Shown here: positions 19,433 through 33,450 of the stretch, in pieces
Layout of the letters: every line of letters starts with the position of its first letter
Numbering within the stretch: position 1 is the first letter of the stretch
Assembly (NCBI RefSeq): GCF_009914755.1
Contig: NC_060939.1
Length of the DNA: 64,000 nucleotides
Source: the human T2T-CHM13v2.0 reference genome, Homo sapiens
Strand: one strand, 5' to 3'
Program-made: the position numbers and the translations under genes
The notes under the pieces: model-generated
The model's database searches: none
The model's input: the letters and a program-made list of their open reading frames with translations, nothing else
What the model was told of the DNA's origin: nothing

Positions 19433-19497
19433 TTAGGTTGGTGCAAAAATAATTGCGATTTTTGCCATTAATCACAACTACATTTGCGTGAACCTAA
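19433..19497. mobile_element. MADE1 (Hsmar1-derived MITE), internally deleted
   Basis: ttaggttggtgcaaaaataattgcg...aacctaa terminal inverted repeats flanked by TA. Confidence 0.85.
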
Positions 19498-21039
19498 TAG
19501 TAATTTAACATTCTGTATCTAACATTTGTGGACACTGATCGAATATGCAATATTCTGGGGAGAAGTTGGTGGAAGAGATGTGTGTTGTTTTGTGAAAGAT
19601 AGTATTCTGAGGGAAGGCAGAAAAGGGATATACATATAAGAAAATAGTGGATCTTGATCAGATGCACACTTGTTCCTATTTACAAGAAGTCTACTCTGTG
19701 TTACTGAACAAATCAACTTACATGAAGTCAACTAATTCCAAAGAATTTACCGTCTAGAGAAATTCACATTTGTAATAATAAATACTTTTCTTAATGACAG
19801 AAATTTTATAATATGTCTTTTTTACTTTATAGCTATAACCGTAGAGTTATAAAATCTAAATACAGACAAGCCCACCCAGTGTTTGATTATATTCAATGAT
19901 GTTTAAAAGTAATGGCCTCTCTTTTGTTCTTACTGGGAAAATTATCATTAGCACAGTGCTTCATGCAGGCTCTTATTACTTCTATCTCCCATTGTTATGA
20001 TTGGCAAAGCACAAAGCCATACTCAAATTGGAATGCTTGGGCACATTGCAGTATTTATCACAGGGTGGACTGGATACTGAGTTTCTTAATTTATAAATAT
20101 TTCTTTCCAATGCAAAATTCATGAAGGCTTAATGTTGGGAAATGTCTGAATGGCTATAAATTCCCTTCCTAATTCCCTCCCCTCAATGCATACCCATTTT
20201 TTTTTTGGCTCATTCTTAGAACTGTAGCTGTTCTTGAATCTTTGATGAGTTGAAGCTAATCCACATTCGGATTTTACAATCTCATATAATTGCCAAAATT
20301 CTACCCTTCAAAACACTTGTTTCTTTCTTTTTTTTCTCTTACATTTCCTCAAAGAAAATTAGTGAAAAAACAATTTTTTATTTGGTCTGAAACTTTATGG
20401 TGGAAATCTGAGGACAGGAAGAAATTTAGGGACTTGTTCATGCACTTTTGATTTGGTGAATGCCTGGAATATATTTTTTTCTCTCTGCACAATGCAAAGT
20501 AGTTGCACTCACAAAGTATCAATTAGAAAAAGAAATTCTTTCCACATTTCATCAGAGTTTTAAGTGGTTACACCACAATAATCCCCAGCTATTTGGGAAA
20601 TGGTAAAAAAAAAAAAAAAAAAACAACTTTGAAGATCAAGCCATCATTATTATTTTCACTAAAACCTAAAAATTCAGCCACAATATGTCAAACCAGTTGG
20701 GACAGGACTTCCTTCCACTAATTTAGTTTTTACTGCTGGATACCTGATGGGCTACTTACTATATCAGGTGTCTCATAGGGCAAATTGTACCTGGAGATAA
20801 AAAAAAGAAGAAAAAAACAGGCTCCAACCCCTAGCAGCAGAATACAGCAGAACATTTAGGTACCCACAGAACATAAACCAAAATGGACTGTATCCTGGAT
20901 TTTAACAAACATTAAGAATTTTTTAAAAACTGAAATCCTGTAGAATGTATCCTCCAGCCAAAATGGCATCAAATTAAAAATAAAAAAGTAAAGTAACAGC
21001 AGAATCTTAAATACTTGAAAAATAAACAGCATACTTTTT

Positions 21040-21510
21040 TAGTTCTTTTTTTTTACATTTTTATTTATTTTAAGTTCTGGGGTAGGTGTGAAGGATGTGC
21101 AGGTTTGTTACATAGGTAAATTTGTGCCATGGTGGTTTTCCCTACCTATCAACCCATCACCTCGGTTTAAGCCCAGCATGCATTAGAGATTTTTCCCAAT
21201 GCTCTCCCTCTCCCTCCCCCATCCACAGGCCCCAGTGTGTGTTGCTTACTTCCCTGTGTCCATGTGTTCTCATTGTTCAGCTCCTACTTATAAGTGAGAA
21301 CATTAGATGTTTGGCTTTCTGTTTCTGCATTAGTTTCCTGAGGATAATGGCTTCCTGTTCCATCCATGTCCCTGCAATGGACATGATCTCCTTCATTTTT
21401 ATGGGTGCATAGTATTCCATGTTGTATGGGTACTGCATTTTCTTCATCCAGTCTATTACCAATGGGCATTTAGGTTGATTCCATGTCTTTGCTATTGTGA
21501 ATAGTGCTAA
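21040..21510 (-). mobile_element. L1PA 3' end inserted into an older L1
   Basis: taagttctgggg...gtgcaggtttgttacataggtaaa...tccctgtgtccatgtgttctcattgttcagctcc; aaacagca repeated on both flanks. Confidence 0.85.
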
Positions 21511-22121
21511 ACAGCAAGCACACTTCTAAGGAGAACGTCTCAAGGGAAACAATTAAATATATTAAACTGAATAAAAATTAAAATACAACATATCAAACTT
21601 GATTTAACACAGTTGACGTCAGTGCTGAGAGGAAAATGTATTTCACTAAATATATATAATAGAAAAGTAGAAATCTCTCAAATAAAAATTCAAGCTATCA
21701 CATCAAGAAAGTAGAAAATAGTAGCAAAATAAAATCAAAACAAATATAAGAAAGAATATAATAAGGATAAGAGCAGAAATAAATGAAACAGCCAAAAGAA
21801 AACAGCAAAGAAAAGCAAAGAAATAAAGCTGGATCTTTGAAAATATCTATAAAATTGACAAACCTTAACTAATAATGATAAAGAAAAAAGGGATGTCATA
21901 AATTACCAATTTCATGAATGAAATGGGCTAACATTAGCAGTAGAACTCAGCAATGTACACAAAGAATTACACAGCATGTCCCAGTGACGTTTACTCCAGT
22001 GACTGCACACCTAGACATTCATCCCACTGAAATAAAAACTTTTTTTTTGCATTTGCAATTGGCTTCCCCTCTGCTTTTGTTGGCAAGAGCAGGTCGGTGT
22101 CCCAGGCTTAGAATCCATTTT

Positions 22122-22460
22122 TCTCTCTCTCCGTCTGTCTCTCTGTCTCCGTCTCTGTCTTTGTCTCTGTCTCTCTCTCTCTCTCTTTTTTTGACAGAGT
22201 CTTGCTTTGTCACCCAGGTTGCAGTGATGCGATCTCGGGCTCACTGCAAGCTCCGCCTCCCAGGTTCACGCCATTCTCCTGCCTCCCGAGTAGCTGGGAC
22301 TACAGGCGCCCACCACCATGCCCGCTAGTATTTTGTATTTTTAGTAGAGATGAGGTTTCACTGTGTTAGCCAGGATGGTCTTTATCTCCTGACCTTATGA
22401 TCCGCCCGCCTCAGCCTCCCAAAGTGCTGGGATTACACGCGTGAGCCACAGTGCCCGGCC
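22122..22460 (-). mobile_element. AluY-like element with a (TC)n-rich tail
   Basis: Antisense Alu (gcaagctccgcctcc, ttcacgccattctcc) preceded by a TC microsatellite. Confidence 0.9.
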
Positions 22461-23818
22461 AGAATGCATTTTTCCTCCCACACCAAAGCACCTGCAGTAT
22501 GGGTGAAGCAGCCTGGAGCCTGGCTGCATAAGCCTGCACAGCAGGAGGGTCCCAGCAGGAGGGTAGAGGTGCCACTGCCTGGGTCCAGCTCACAGGCTGC
22601 CAGGGAGGCTCCGATCTGGCTCCCTGGTGCTGGCAGTGTCCTGTTCCCAGGATCTGCACGTGGGGGTGCCTTCCTGCATCTCCCCATCAGTGGTAGGTGC
22701 TCCTCCCAGCCCCCTCTTGCAGGCCTGGAGACAGCGGCCTGCACCTCAACCCTACTGCATGCCAGTGAAGCGAAGCACCCCGGGCCAGAAGCCCCACAGC
22801 TGTTGGCCCTGGTTTGGACACCAGGCAGGGGGCACCACAGCAGGAGCTAGCAGCCCAGCCCCGATTCTGTGGCCCCGAGCGCCCCGTTGCTGATGGCCCT
22901 GTGTTCTGGGTGCGGACCAAGGAGGAGCAGGTGTGGAAGGCGCCTCAGGCAGGCCCTGGGCTCCGTGGGCGTCTTGTGCTCGGAGATTTTGAGGCCATTT
23001 GCATCCAGCTCCGCCAACCAGAGCTCTAAGCTGCAGCGGCGGCCACCCGCAACAGCGCCACCACTAGTGTCTTGGGGGCTTTCTTCAGAGGAGGCTGTCA
23101 GCATCCTCGAGTTCCAGGCGCTCTAGCCCCAGTCCTGCTTCAAGAGGCTTTTTCCCACCACAGGCTTCTCTCCTCAGTGGCCAGAAAGCTGGGCCAACTC
23201 CCATGAACTTTGCCAGTAACGCAAGGCTGTCACTGACATTTGTGGCGCCAAGACTTGCGCACGCGGATTGCACACATCGGCCACTTCCTGGACCACGTGC
23301 AATGACACGCGCACGCCTCACGCACACGCCGCATAACGTCTGAGGCGCGCGCCCCGCACGCGCATAACGGCTTGGCTTACCTGTAACGGGTACGCTTCGC
23401 TTCGCGTTCCTCGCTTGGCCTTGCGTTCCTAGCTTGGCTTGGCTGTTAGTAGCTTTGCCTGGTGTTTCTTGCTTGGATTGGCGTTTCCTCCCTCGCATTC
23501 CTTTGCTGGACTTGACCTTTTCTCTGCTGGGTTTGGCATTCCCTTGACTGGGCTGGGTGTTTCCTTGGGAGGGGGGGCTTGGCCTTTCCTGGGGTGGGCG
23601 TGGGGTCCCCCTGGTGGGCGTGGGCTTTCCCCGGGTGGGTGTGGGTTTTCCCTGGGTGGGGTGGGCTGGGCTCCCTTGCTGGGCTTGGCAAGTTTTGGCT
23701 GGGATTGACCTTTCTCTTCAAACAGATTGGAAACCCAGGGTTTCCTGCTAGTTGGTGAAACTGGTTGGTAGACGCGATCTGTTCGCTACTACCGGCCTCC
23801 CCTGGCTGTTAAAAGCAG

Positions 23819-24228
23819 ATGGTGGCTGAGGTTTGTTCAATGCCCGCTGCCTCTGCTGTGAAGAAGCCATTTGATCTCAGGAGCAAGATGGGCAAGTGGT
23901 GCCACCACCGCTTCCCCTGCTGCAGGGGGAGCGGCAAGAGCAACGTGGGCACTTCTGGAGACCACGACGACTCCTTTATGAAGACACTCAGGAGCAAGAT
24001 GGGCAAGTGGTGCTGTCACTGCTTCCCCTGCTGCAGGGGGAGCGGCAAGAGCAACGTGGGCACTTGGGGAGACTACGACGACAGCGCCTTCATGGAGCCG
24101 AGGTACCACGTCCGTCGAGAAGATCTGGACAAGCTCCACAGAGCTGCCTGGTGGGGTAAAGTCCCCAGAAAGGATCTCATCGTCATGCTCAGGGACACTG
24201 ACATGAACAAGAGGGACAAGCAAAAGAG
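23819..24228 (+). CDS. POTEB: POTE exon 1: N-terminus, two Cys-rich repeats, start of ankyrin region
   Basis: [28 protein letters not shown]...DKQK; donor AG|GTAACC. Confidence 0.95.
23876..24094 (+). repeat. 111-bp (37-aa) coding tandem repeat, 2 copies
   Basis: ctcaggagcaagatgggcaagtgg at 23876 and 23987. Confidence 0.95.
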
Positions 24229-25207
24229 GTAACCGGACCTGGGATGGGAGGAGGCGGGACATGGGGGGATGATGGGGACATACCCTCCTGGCGCAGGGAG
24301 GGAGGAGCCAGGCTTTCTCTTCCTCCGCAGGCCCCACACCACCCTGGGTGTGGAAACCTCAGAGATGTCAGGGCCCAGGTCCCTTTATAAACAGCAACAC
24401 AAAAACAAAACTTTAGCTGATTTCCAATCCAATTATAATTTCCCTTATAGAACACTAATAGACGGTTTTAAAGTGATTTAACTCGCAAAATTAAGTCGAT
24501 GCAGCAGATTATTTTTAATGTACACATTTTAAAACAATGTTCTATACACTATAGAAAGGTGTATATTGAGAACTAAGTCCCATAATATATCAACTTCTGG
24601 GCTAAATATTTTTCAAATAAAATCCAATATGGATTTTATATCGATGTGTACCCTATGTAAACACGTTCTTTACTGAGTAACCTTAAAAGGAAACTGAAAT
24701 GGGAAGTATGGTTCATATCTTTGAATAGGAAGGTTCGTTTTTCTTAAGATGTGAGCTTTTTCTGTGTTTATCACTTTTACATAAGCCAAATAAAAATAGC
24801 AAAGTCTTAGTGTCTTTAAATTGCACATGATGTATTTTATCATTGTGATAAATTGATTTTTTGTAACAGAATGGAAAAAGACTTGCTTTTCCAGATATCA
24901 AAATGTGCGTGTGTTATTTCCACAAATTGTTTACTAACAGCTGAAAAGACATAAGTGAACAGAACAGAATAGGAAATCCAGAAATACCCAAATATATGTA
25001 AGAATTTAGCACTTGATAATGGTGATGTTTCATATTGGTAAAACAAGGTGAATTATTCATAAATTAAATGCATGCTGTTTGGAGAAAACTACCTAGATTT
25101 TTATGTCACAAAAATAAGTTCCTGGAGTATAGATTAAAAATTTTAAAGATACAAAAGGAGAAAAGTACCAGAAGAAAACACAAATGCCTATTTATATGTG
25201 CAAATAT

Positions 25208-25498
25208 TTATTTATTTTTCTGAGACAGACTCTCACTCCATAGCCCAGGCTGGAGTGCAGTGGTGCAATATCAGCTCACTACAACCTCTGGTTCCTGGTT
25301 CAAGTAATTCTTTGCCTCAGCCTACCAAGTAGCTGGGATTACAGGCACCCACCACCATGCCTGGCTAATTTTTTGTGTTCTTAATCAAGACGGGATTTCA
25401 CCATCTTTGCCAGGCTGGTCTTGAACTCCTGTCCTTGTGATCCACCCACCTCAGCCTCCCAAAGTGCTGAGATTACAGTCATGAGCCACTGAAACCGG
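25208..25498 (-). mobile_element. Alu
   Basis: Antisense Alu dimer. Confidence 0.9.
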
Positions 25499-25645
25499 CA
25501 TATATATGCAGATATAATAAAATAAGCTCAATTTAAAATTGGGCAAGGTACTTTTTTGCATGTCTACCAGTGACCTGTGTACATAGGAAAACATAGCATT
25601 CCTGCTAAGAGAAGGAATTTAAGTTAGAAGAGGAATGAAAGACTA

Positions 25646-26107
<462 letters not shown>

Positions 26108-27169
26108 TTAAAATGTGTATGCCTTTTACCCATCTGTTCCATTATACTGAAATATCTATATGAAACAGACACAGCTGTTTTTCTTAGTATTGCTTAAAAT
26201 AGCCATGTATTTAGAAGAACTCATATAAAGATTTTATGAACAAATTTCAGTGCATCCATAGGATGGAATAATATGTAACCATTGAGGGTGTCAGTAGATA
26301 CAGAGATATGTCGGCATGCAGAGATGTACTTTGCTGTATCAAGTGAGAAAAAATCAGTTTGTTATACATATACACAAATAGAATCTGCTCTTGTGTTAGC
26401 TGGAAATATGTGGAAAATATAATCAAACTTATTTCTGGGGATTTGTAAGTGAAGTTTTTCCCTTTCTCTTATCTGTGATTTCTGCAATGAACATCTGCAA
26501 AGTTTTAGTTAAGTTTCATTAGTAATGAAATAATCCTTGGGAAGAGAAGGAATATGCTACTTGCATAGATACAAATAATTTCTTACATTCTATTATTTAT
26601 TTTTATACCTGTGGATGGCTATCTTCTGTGAACTTTTACCCTCTTCAGAAGTAGAGGGCTTCTGTTTACCTCTTCTGGTAGATTTTATTGTGTATACATC
26701 TTATTATATATAGATTGATGTGTAAATAGTATGGATTAATTATTTTAGTTTAGTTATATATTTATGAAAACTAAAATAGCAAATATAAATGATCGTTACT
26801 ATCGCAAATGTATTGCTCTACTCAACAGGAGTTTTCTTTAAAAAATATTGAACTTCCAACCTATGTTTATCCATTCTTTCAATCCGTTTAGTCATCAAAC
26901 ATAAGCCAGACACCTATTATATGGCAGGCATATTCTGCTATCTCTCAGGATCCTTCCACCTTTGAAAACTTCATGTTTACCTGCTGCACCTGAGCAAGCT
27001 GAGAGAATCAAAATTGGGGCATTAGGACTTAATCTCAATTGAAGCTTTTCCTCCCTCCTTTCAAACAAAAGCACTTCTGAAGGTGGAAAATAGTAAAAGA
27101 TAACCCTTAACTGCCCTTTTGAAAATGTATAAGACTTGGGTAAACACTGTTTTAGCTGTTTTAAGAACT

Positions 27170-27562
27170 TAAATGTGGTAGATAAACAGCATGGAATACT
27201 ATGTAGCCATAAAAGAAAGAACAAGAGCCTGTCCTTTGCAGGGACATGGATGGTGTTGAAGGCCATTATCCTTAGCAAACTAACATAGGAAGAGAAAACC
27301 AAATACTGCATGGTCTCACTTATAGGTGGGAGCTAAATGAGGAGAACACACAGACACCTAGAGGGAAGCAACACACACTGGGGCCTATCAGAGGGTGGAG
27401 GGTGGGAGGAAGGAAAGAAGCAGGAAATAGAACTAACGGGTACTAGGCTTAACACCTGAGTAATGAAATAATCTGTACAGCCAACCCTCTTGGAACACGT
27501 TTACCTATGTTAACCAACCTGCACATCCTGCACCTGTATCCCCGAATGTAAAAGTTGAAAAA
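27170..27562 (+). mobile_element. L1PA 3' end
   Basis: atggaatactatgtagccataaaa...cctgcacatcctgcacctgtatcccc; A tail. Confidence 0.85.
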
Positions 27563-28596
27563 AGCTCCACAAATAGTTTCATAAATCCATTTTAAAAAGA
27601 GAAAATTTATAACAGTCTTAAATCCTAATATGAATGATTGGAAATATCTGATGTACATACGTTGTATAAATCTAAGTATTGAAAAAAATGAGCCCATGCT
27701 ATTCATTTGAATTTCAAGATTTCTTTGGCTTAAAGTTTTTGAAAACCAAAGTAAGAAGTAGATTATTTTAGAAAATTGTTTTTGTTTTCACCTCAGCCCT
27801 CTTATTCCATAGTTCTTTTAAGAACTAAAATTTATCTAAATGCTAGTCATCTGACTGGAACTGCCCCAGACCTGTTATATTATAACATATTCTACTTAAT
27901 GTAAGGCACCAGGGATTGTATGATGCCCCATTATTTTATGTCTCACTAAGAAAATTATTTAAATGCTGCCAATTATAATTATAGTAAATCATGAATTAAT
28001 AAGTGGTATTTCAGTGTAAGAAATGTTAAAACATGGAGACAATGATCATCTTAGACTCAATAAAATACAGTACAACGCTACCTGTAATCTTTAAAATGTA
28101 CCTGAAAGTGTAGGTATAATTGTATCGTTTCACTTAATTCAAATGTTGTCTTTAGTGGTATTAGTAAAAATTATAATATCTTACAAGTTTTGAGCTGTTA
28201 TTTGTGTTAGGAACTATTCTATATTTTGTGTAGAGTCTTATTTAAGCATTACAGTGGTTTCCTCTGAGAAACTGACTATTTTCATTCCCATTTTATTGAT
28301 GAGGAAATTGAGACACAAAAAGGCTAAGCAACAGCTAGGAAGCGACAGAGCTTCAAGTAGGATTCCAGCCCAAGTTGAATGTCATCCAAGAGCTATGCTC
28401 TTTCTATTCAAATAGGCTGCTCTTTCATTAATACAGTGACTAATGAGAGGTAATAAGTAGTGTGCTTTCTTCAAAGGAAAATTGAGTTTGTTTTGAAGGC
28501 AGAGTAATAGGCTATTCAGTGTTTGCAACTACATGAATCATTAATGTGGCATTAGCTAGTGCACTACAATTTCCTGAAGTCTTCTCACTCTCATAG

Positions 28597-28711
28597 GACT
28601 GCTCTACATTTGGCCTCTGCCAATGGAAATTCAGAAGTAGTACAACTCCTGCTGGACAGACGATGTCAACTTAACGTCCTTGACAACAAAAAAAGGACAG
28701 CTCTGATAAAG
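28597..28711 (+). CDS. POTEB: POTE exon 2 (ankyrin repeat)
   Basis: tcatag|[39 protein letters not shown] |gtatgc. Confidence 0.95.
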
Positions 28712-28867
28712 GTATGCAGTAGTCAACTATATCAGCGTGAGATGGGTTTGATTTCAATAGATAGCATAAAAATGAGTTTTCTCATTTAAATATAACTAGT
28801 TGGTGAAAGCTGTGGAATGTTATTTTGAATTCCTAGGACTTATAATTTGTTTTTGGTCTAATACTGA

Positions 28868-29047
<180 letters not shown>

Positions 29048-29644
29048 TAGATCTACCAATTTTATCTTCAAAATACTGAAATGCATTCGTGTTAACATTG
29101 ACCTGTGTAAGGGCCAGTTTTCCGTATTTGGAAGCTCAAGCATAACCTGAATGAAAATATTTTGAAATGACTTAATTATCTAAGACTTTATTTTAAATAT
29201 TGTTACTTTTAAAGAAGCATTAGAGGGTACAGTTTTTTTCAGTGCACTTGTGGTTAATGCTTTTTAAAAAAAAAAACACTGAATTTGTAAAAGGTAATAC
29301 TTTTTTTTTTTCAATTTTTCCCTGCCAAGTTTTTTTTTCCCTAACAAATGTAAAATGACAAAATTTGCCCTGGAAATAGGTTTTACATTAAAACTCCAAG
29401 AAAACTTAAACATGTTTCAGTGAATAGTAATCCTGCTACTTTGGCAAATTCCTAAAAAAACACTAATAGATATGAGGTGATGTATCTCTCAGTGGCAAGG
29501 CTTAAGATATTTCTGATTGCTCATGAGGCAGAATTGGAAAGGGAAAAATGCAGCAATCAGAAATACCAAGGCCAACTTGGAAATTAGGTAATGGGGGAAA
29601 AGACCATGAAGAGGTTTTTTTTTGTTTTTGTTTTTGTTTTTTTT

Positions 29645-29682
<38 letters not shown>

Positions 29683-30325
29683 GTTATTGTTGTTCATTCA
29701 TTTGTTTCCTTTATATGGTGAGACAGGGTTCTTTTCCATTTTAGAGAATGACAGTTTTCAGTTTGGGAGAGGGAGTTAGTGGGTTGTAAACTGCCTAGAG
29801 ATCAATTTTAGGAGGCCTCTGAGGAACCAGATTGGCAGTGAATATGTGGTAATGTAGTGGGAAACCCTTGAGTAGAAGGAATAACAAGTAATTAACCAAC
29901 TTAGTATCCTATTCTGGTAGAAATGGCCAATTAGAGTCTCAACTCTGCTTTCAATTCTAGAATGTCTTGATGGGAAGGTGGGAGATAAGGGGCTTATAAG
30001 TAAAAAGATCAGGTTGGATTTTGAGTTTACTAGACCTTGTTCTACTCTTACCGGGGAAAATTTTGTGGTGTTTTCAGCAAATGAGTCTCTCTCCTACTCT
30101 TTCCTCTTTTTGGCCAAATCCTCAAATGATAAAGGGAATTGTTTATGTGATGAGAGATGAGACTGAAATAATTGTCTATTGCACTAGCTTCCAGCTAGAG
30201 TTGTGCATTCCAGTTACCTCAGGAAAATTTTTAAATAATCTTCAGGTCTAGGTTTTCCCCTGAAGATTTTGATAGAGTAAGTCTAATAAAGCCTGGATAT
30301 GTATGTTTAAAAATGTTTCCTTGAA

Positions 30326-30460
30326 GCCAGGCATGGTGGTGCATGGCTGTAGTCCCAGCTGCTAGGGAGGCTGAGGTGGGAGGATTGCCTGAGCTTAGGA
30401 GTTCTACTCTAGCCTGGTCAACATAATGAGACCCTGTCTCTAACAACAACAACAACAAAT
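30326..30460 (+). mobile_element. Alu monomer (FLAM-like)
   Basis: Single-arm Alu with (AAC)n tail. Confidence 0.8.
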
Positions 30461-30619
30461 TTCTCAAAATCCGGATACACTCCTGCTTAACCACTGAATA
30501 CAGAAGTGTAATATGTAAATTCTTATATCTCAGAAACTTCAGATATTTCTAGAAGAGTTGGAGTTGGATATGTGCTAATTCCTTTAAATCTTTCCTTTCC
30601 AATAACATTAATCTAAATT

Positions 30620-30879
30620 TTTGTTTGTTTGTTTTTGAGATGGGGTCTCACTCTGTTCCCCAGGCTGGAGTGCAGTGGTGCGGTCACAGATCACCACAGC
30701 CTTGACGTCCCTAAGCTCTGGTGGTCCTCCAATCTGTTTTTGTATTTTTTTTTTTTTTAGTAGAGATGAGGTTTTTGCCATGTTTCTCAGGCTGATCTTG
30801 AACTCCTGGGCTCAAGTGAATCACCCACCTCAGGCTCCCAAAATGCTAAGATTACAGGTGTGAGCCACCATTCCTGGCC
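30620..30879 (-). mobile_element. AluJ-like element with internal deletion
   Basis: Antisense Alu; diverged. Confidence 0.8.
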
Positions 30880-31867
30880 TAGTCTGACTTATCTCTGTCG
30901 TTGGGACATTAAAATAAATATTATTGGCACTATCTATCAGCTTACAGAATAATACCTTTTCCTTTCTACCATCAGTTATTCACTGCCATTCAGAAGGTCT
31001 TTAGAAATTTGCAGTGAGTAGTCTTCCAATAAATAGAGGATGGCTCTCTCAGGACTTTGTGTCCCTTTGTTCAATCATTCAAGTGCTTAGGTCAGTAAGT
31101 CGTTTTTAAGAGCAGAGTTTTCTCAGAATTGTAGCAAATTCTAAACCTTTTTTGTCAATTGAAGCTATATTGTGGGCTATCCAGTATGTCTCTTAAGTTT
31201 GTAGAGCTTTGGCTTAATCAGGATGGCAGGTTTAAACACTCAAAACCATGGAGTTATTAAGAATACAGATAGGAAATCTCTTAGTTTCAGTAATCCTATG
31301 AACTGATTATCTATCTAGTTAACAATCTGGAAAAATTAAATACAAATAGATTTTAAATGAATAAATGTTGGAAAAAATTCTTGAAATGGGCAGTGTGAGT
31401 ATTAATAGCAATATTTATTGCATGTTGGAGCTTGAACTTTGGTAAAACATGTGAAACTAAAGAAATATTTTACATTCAAATTCTTGCTTTATACACAACA
31501 ATTTTGTCTTAGGATTGGATAATAATAGAGATAAAAGATACAGCCCCTGCCCTCAAGAAGCTTTTTGTTTAAATGAAAAAAAAAATCATCCAAAAGTGCC
31601 ATGCCAAATGCTCATTTAGAAACAAAGAGTCTTGGAAACAGTAAATGTTTAAAGTGAGTTTTTGAGATGATCAGATTTAATGTGGTGAGGCAGAGAAGGG
31701 ATGTTTCCAAGGGAAGGAGTGGCATGTGGGAAAGTACAGAAGAGTGAGAAGGAAGCGACCAAATTTTATTTACTTTCTGTGAGTGTAAGTCCATAAGCTT
31801 CCAGTTCAGTTGAGAGATACATAATTTTTTGAATTACATATTGTTTTTGTTTTATATTGTTTTACAG

Positions 31868-31974
31868 TGTGGGCTCACACCACTTTTGCTTGGCGTACAT
31901 GAACAAAAACAGCAAGTGGTGAAATTTTTAATCAAGAAAAAAGCTAATTTAAATGCACTTGATAGATATGGAAG
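31868..31974 (+). CDS. POTEB: POTE exon 4 (ankyrin repeat)
   Basis: ttacag| [35 protein letters not shown] |gtatgg. Confidence 0.95.
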
Positions 31975-33285
31975 GTATGGTTATTTCGTTTAATCTGTGT
32001 GTTGTTCTAGATTGATAGCAGTCACTCAAGTCATAAATAATAAATTAATAAGATCAAATTATACTTATTGGGACATAGTGATCAGTATCAACACAAATCA
32101 GTTAAGTAGAAAAGCAATTATTTGGACTGGGCAACATAAAGAACTGTTTTAGTAGGATTCATCTTCTCTTATTATATTGACTGATGTTATTTGTTGTATG
32201 ATGTTTTTGGTTACATGATCTTATGTTAGCTAAAGGGATTTCATATTAATTTTATGAAGTTTGAACTTTAACTTTCAGTTTACTTTATGACTCAGTATTG
32301 AACTTTTTAACCCTTTCTAGTAGGTTTTAACCTCTGTATCTTATATGCTTTTCCACTAAATATGCTGTATTAAACATAAATAGGAGTTGAAAATCCTTTT
32401 GTCTTTTCAATGACTCTGCTTTAAGTTGCTTTCTTTGAAGAATATTAATGTTAGCTTATCCCTACATGACAATTAATTGCTATTCCCACATACTGTGGGT
32501 TCAACAGCTTTTTTCCTTTTTTATTTCCAGTGTATTTTGATGTTTTTATTTTTAGTTGGTATGGAGAGAGGGAGTGAAGATAGTTTTAAGTGGATACACT
32601 ATTCCTTTAATGAAGGCAAGCTGTAGGTGGGTGATAAAGAGAAAAGAGCTATGCTTTGGATTCACACAAGACTGGGTTTAATTCCTAACTTTCTTACTTG
32701 CTACGTGTGTGACATTGGGAACGTGATTTACCACCCAATATGTTGTCATATGTGAAAAGTAGGAGAATGTATCCTTCAAAGTTGGCTGTGCATAAGCAAG
32801 AAAGATACATGTGGCATTTAATTCAGTGCGTAGCACATGCTTATTGGCATCATTAACTGAAACTCCTGTGACTACTATTCTTACCATTATTATTAATATT
32901 ACTGCTTTCAGCATGCAGAGAGCTCTTATTTATCTTAGCCCCTAGCTAATTTTCTATTACAGCATATCAGTCTAGGGAAGCTGTGACAAAATCTTCACTT
33001 AAATCTTTGTCCACTTCAGATAAGTGGCCCTAGCATTGTTTCTTGCCCATCAAAGGACTTTAAATTAGTAGCTTCTGCTATGCAATACCCCACTGAGATA
33101 AGAGGTTTCCTTTTTGTCCCTTCCTTTTAACCTTGGTGGTATTTTACAAAGATGAACTCTTGAGCACCCAAGATGTTTATGTCTTTTAGCGCATGTAAAT
33201 GTTTGATTCTGCATGGACAGGCAAGATGTCAAATTGGTAAAGTATATCAAATTAGCTTTTAAAATAACTTTATTACAGTTCCTAA

Positions 33286-33450
<165 letters not shown>

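Larger units (their letters stand above)
22850..24330 (+). promoter_or_regulatory. CpG-rich promoter and first exon region of the POTE gene
   Basis: CpG cluster at 23240-23430 with E-box CACGTG (23294), ETS-like ACTTCCTG (23283) and GCGCACGCG motifs upstream of ATG 23819; TSS not determinable from sequence. Confidence 0.7.

Noticed and set aside
22460-23230. GC-rich segment upstream of POTE with several short ORFs; possible divergent lncRNA exon
   Set aside because: No family match or splice structure that I can support from sequence alone
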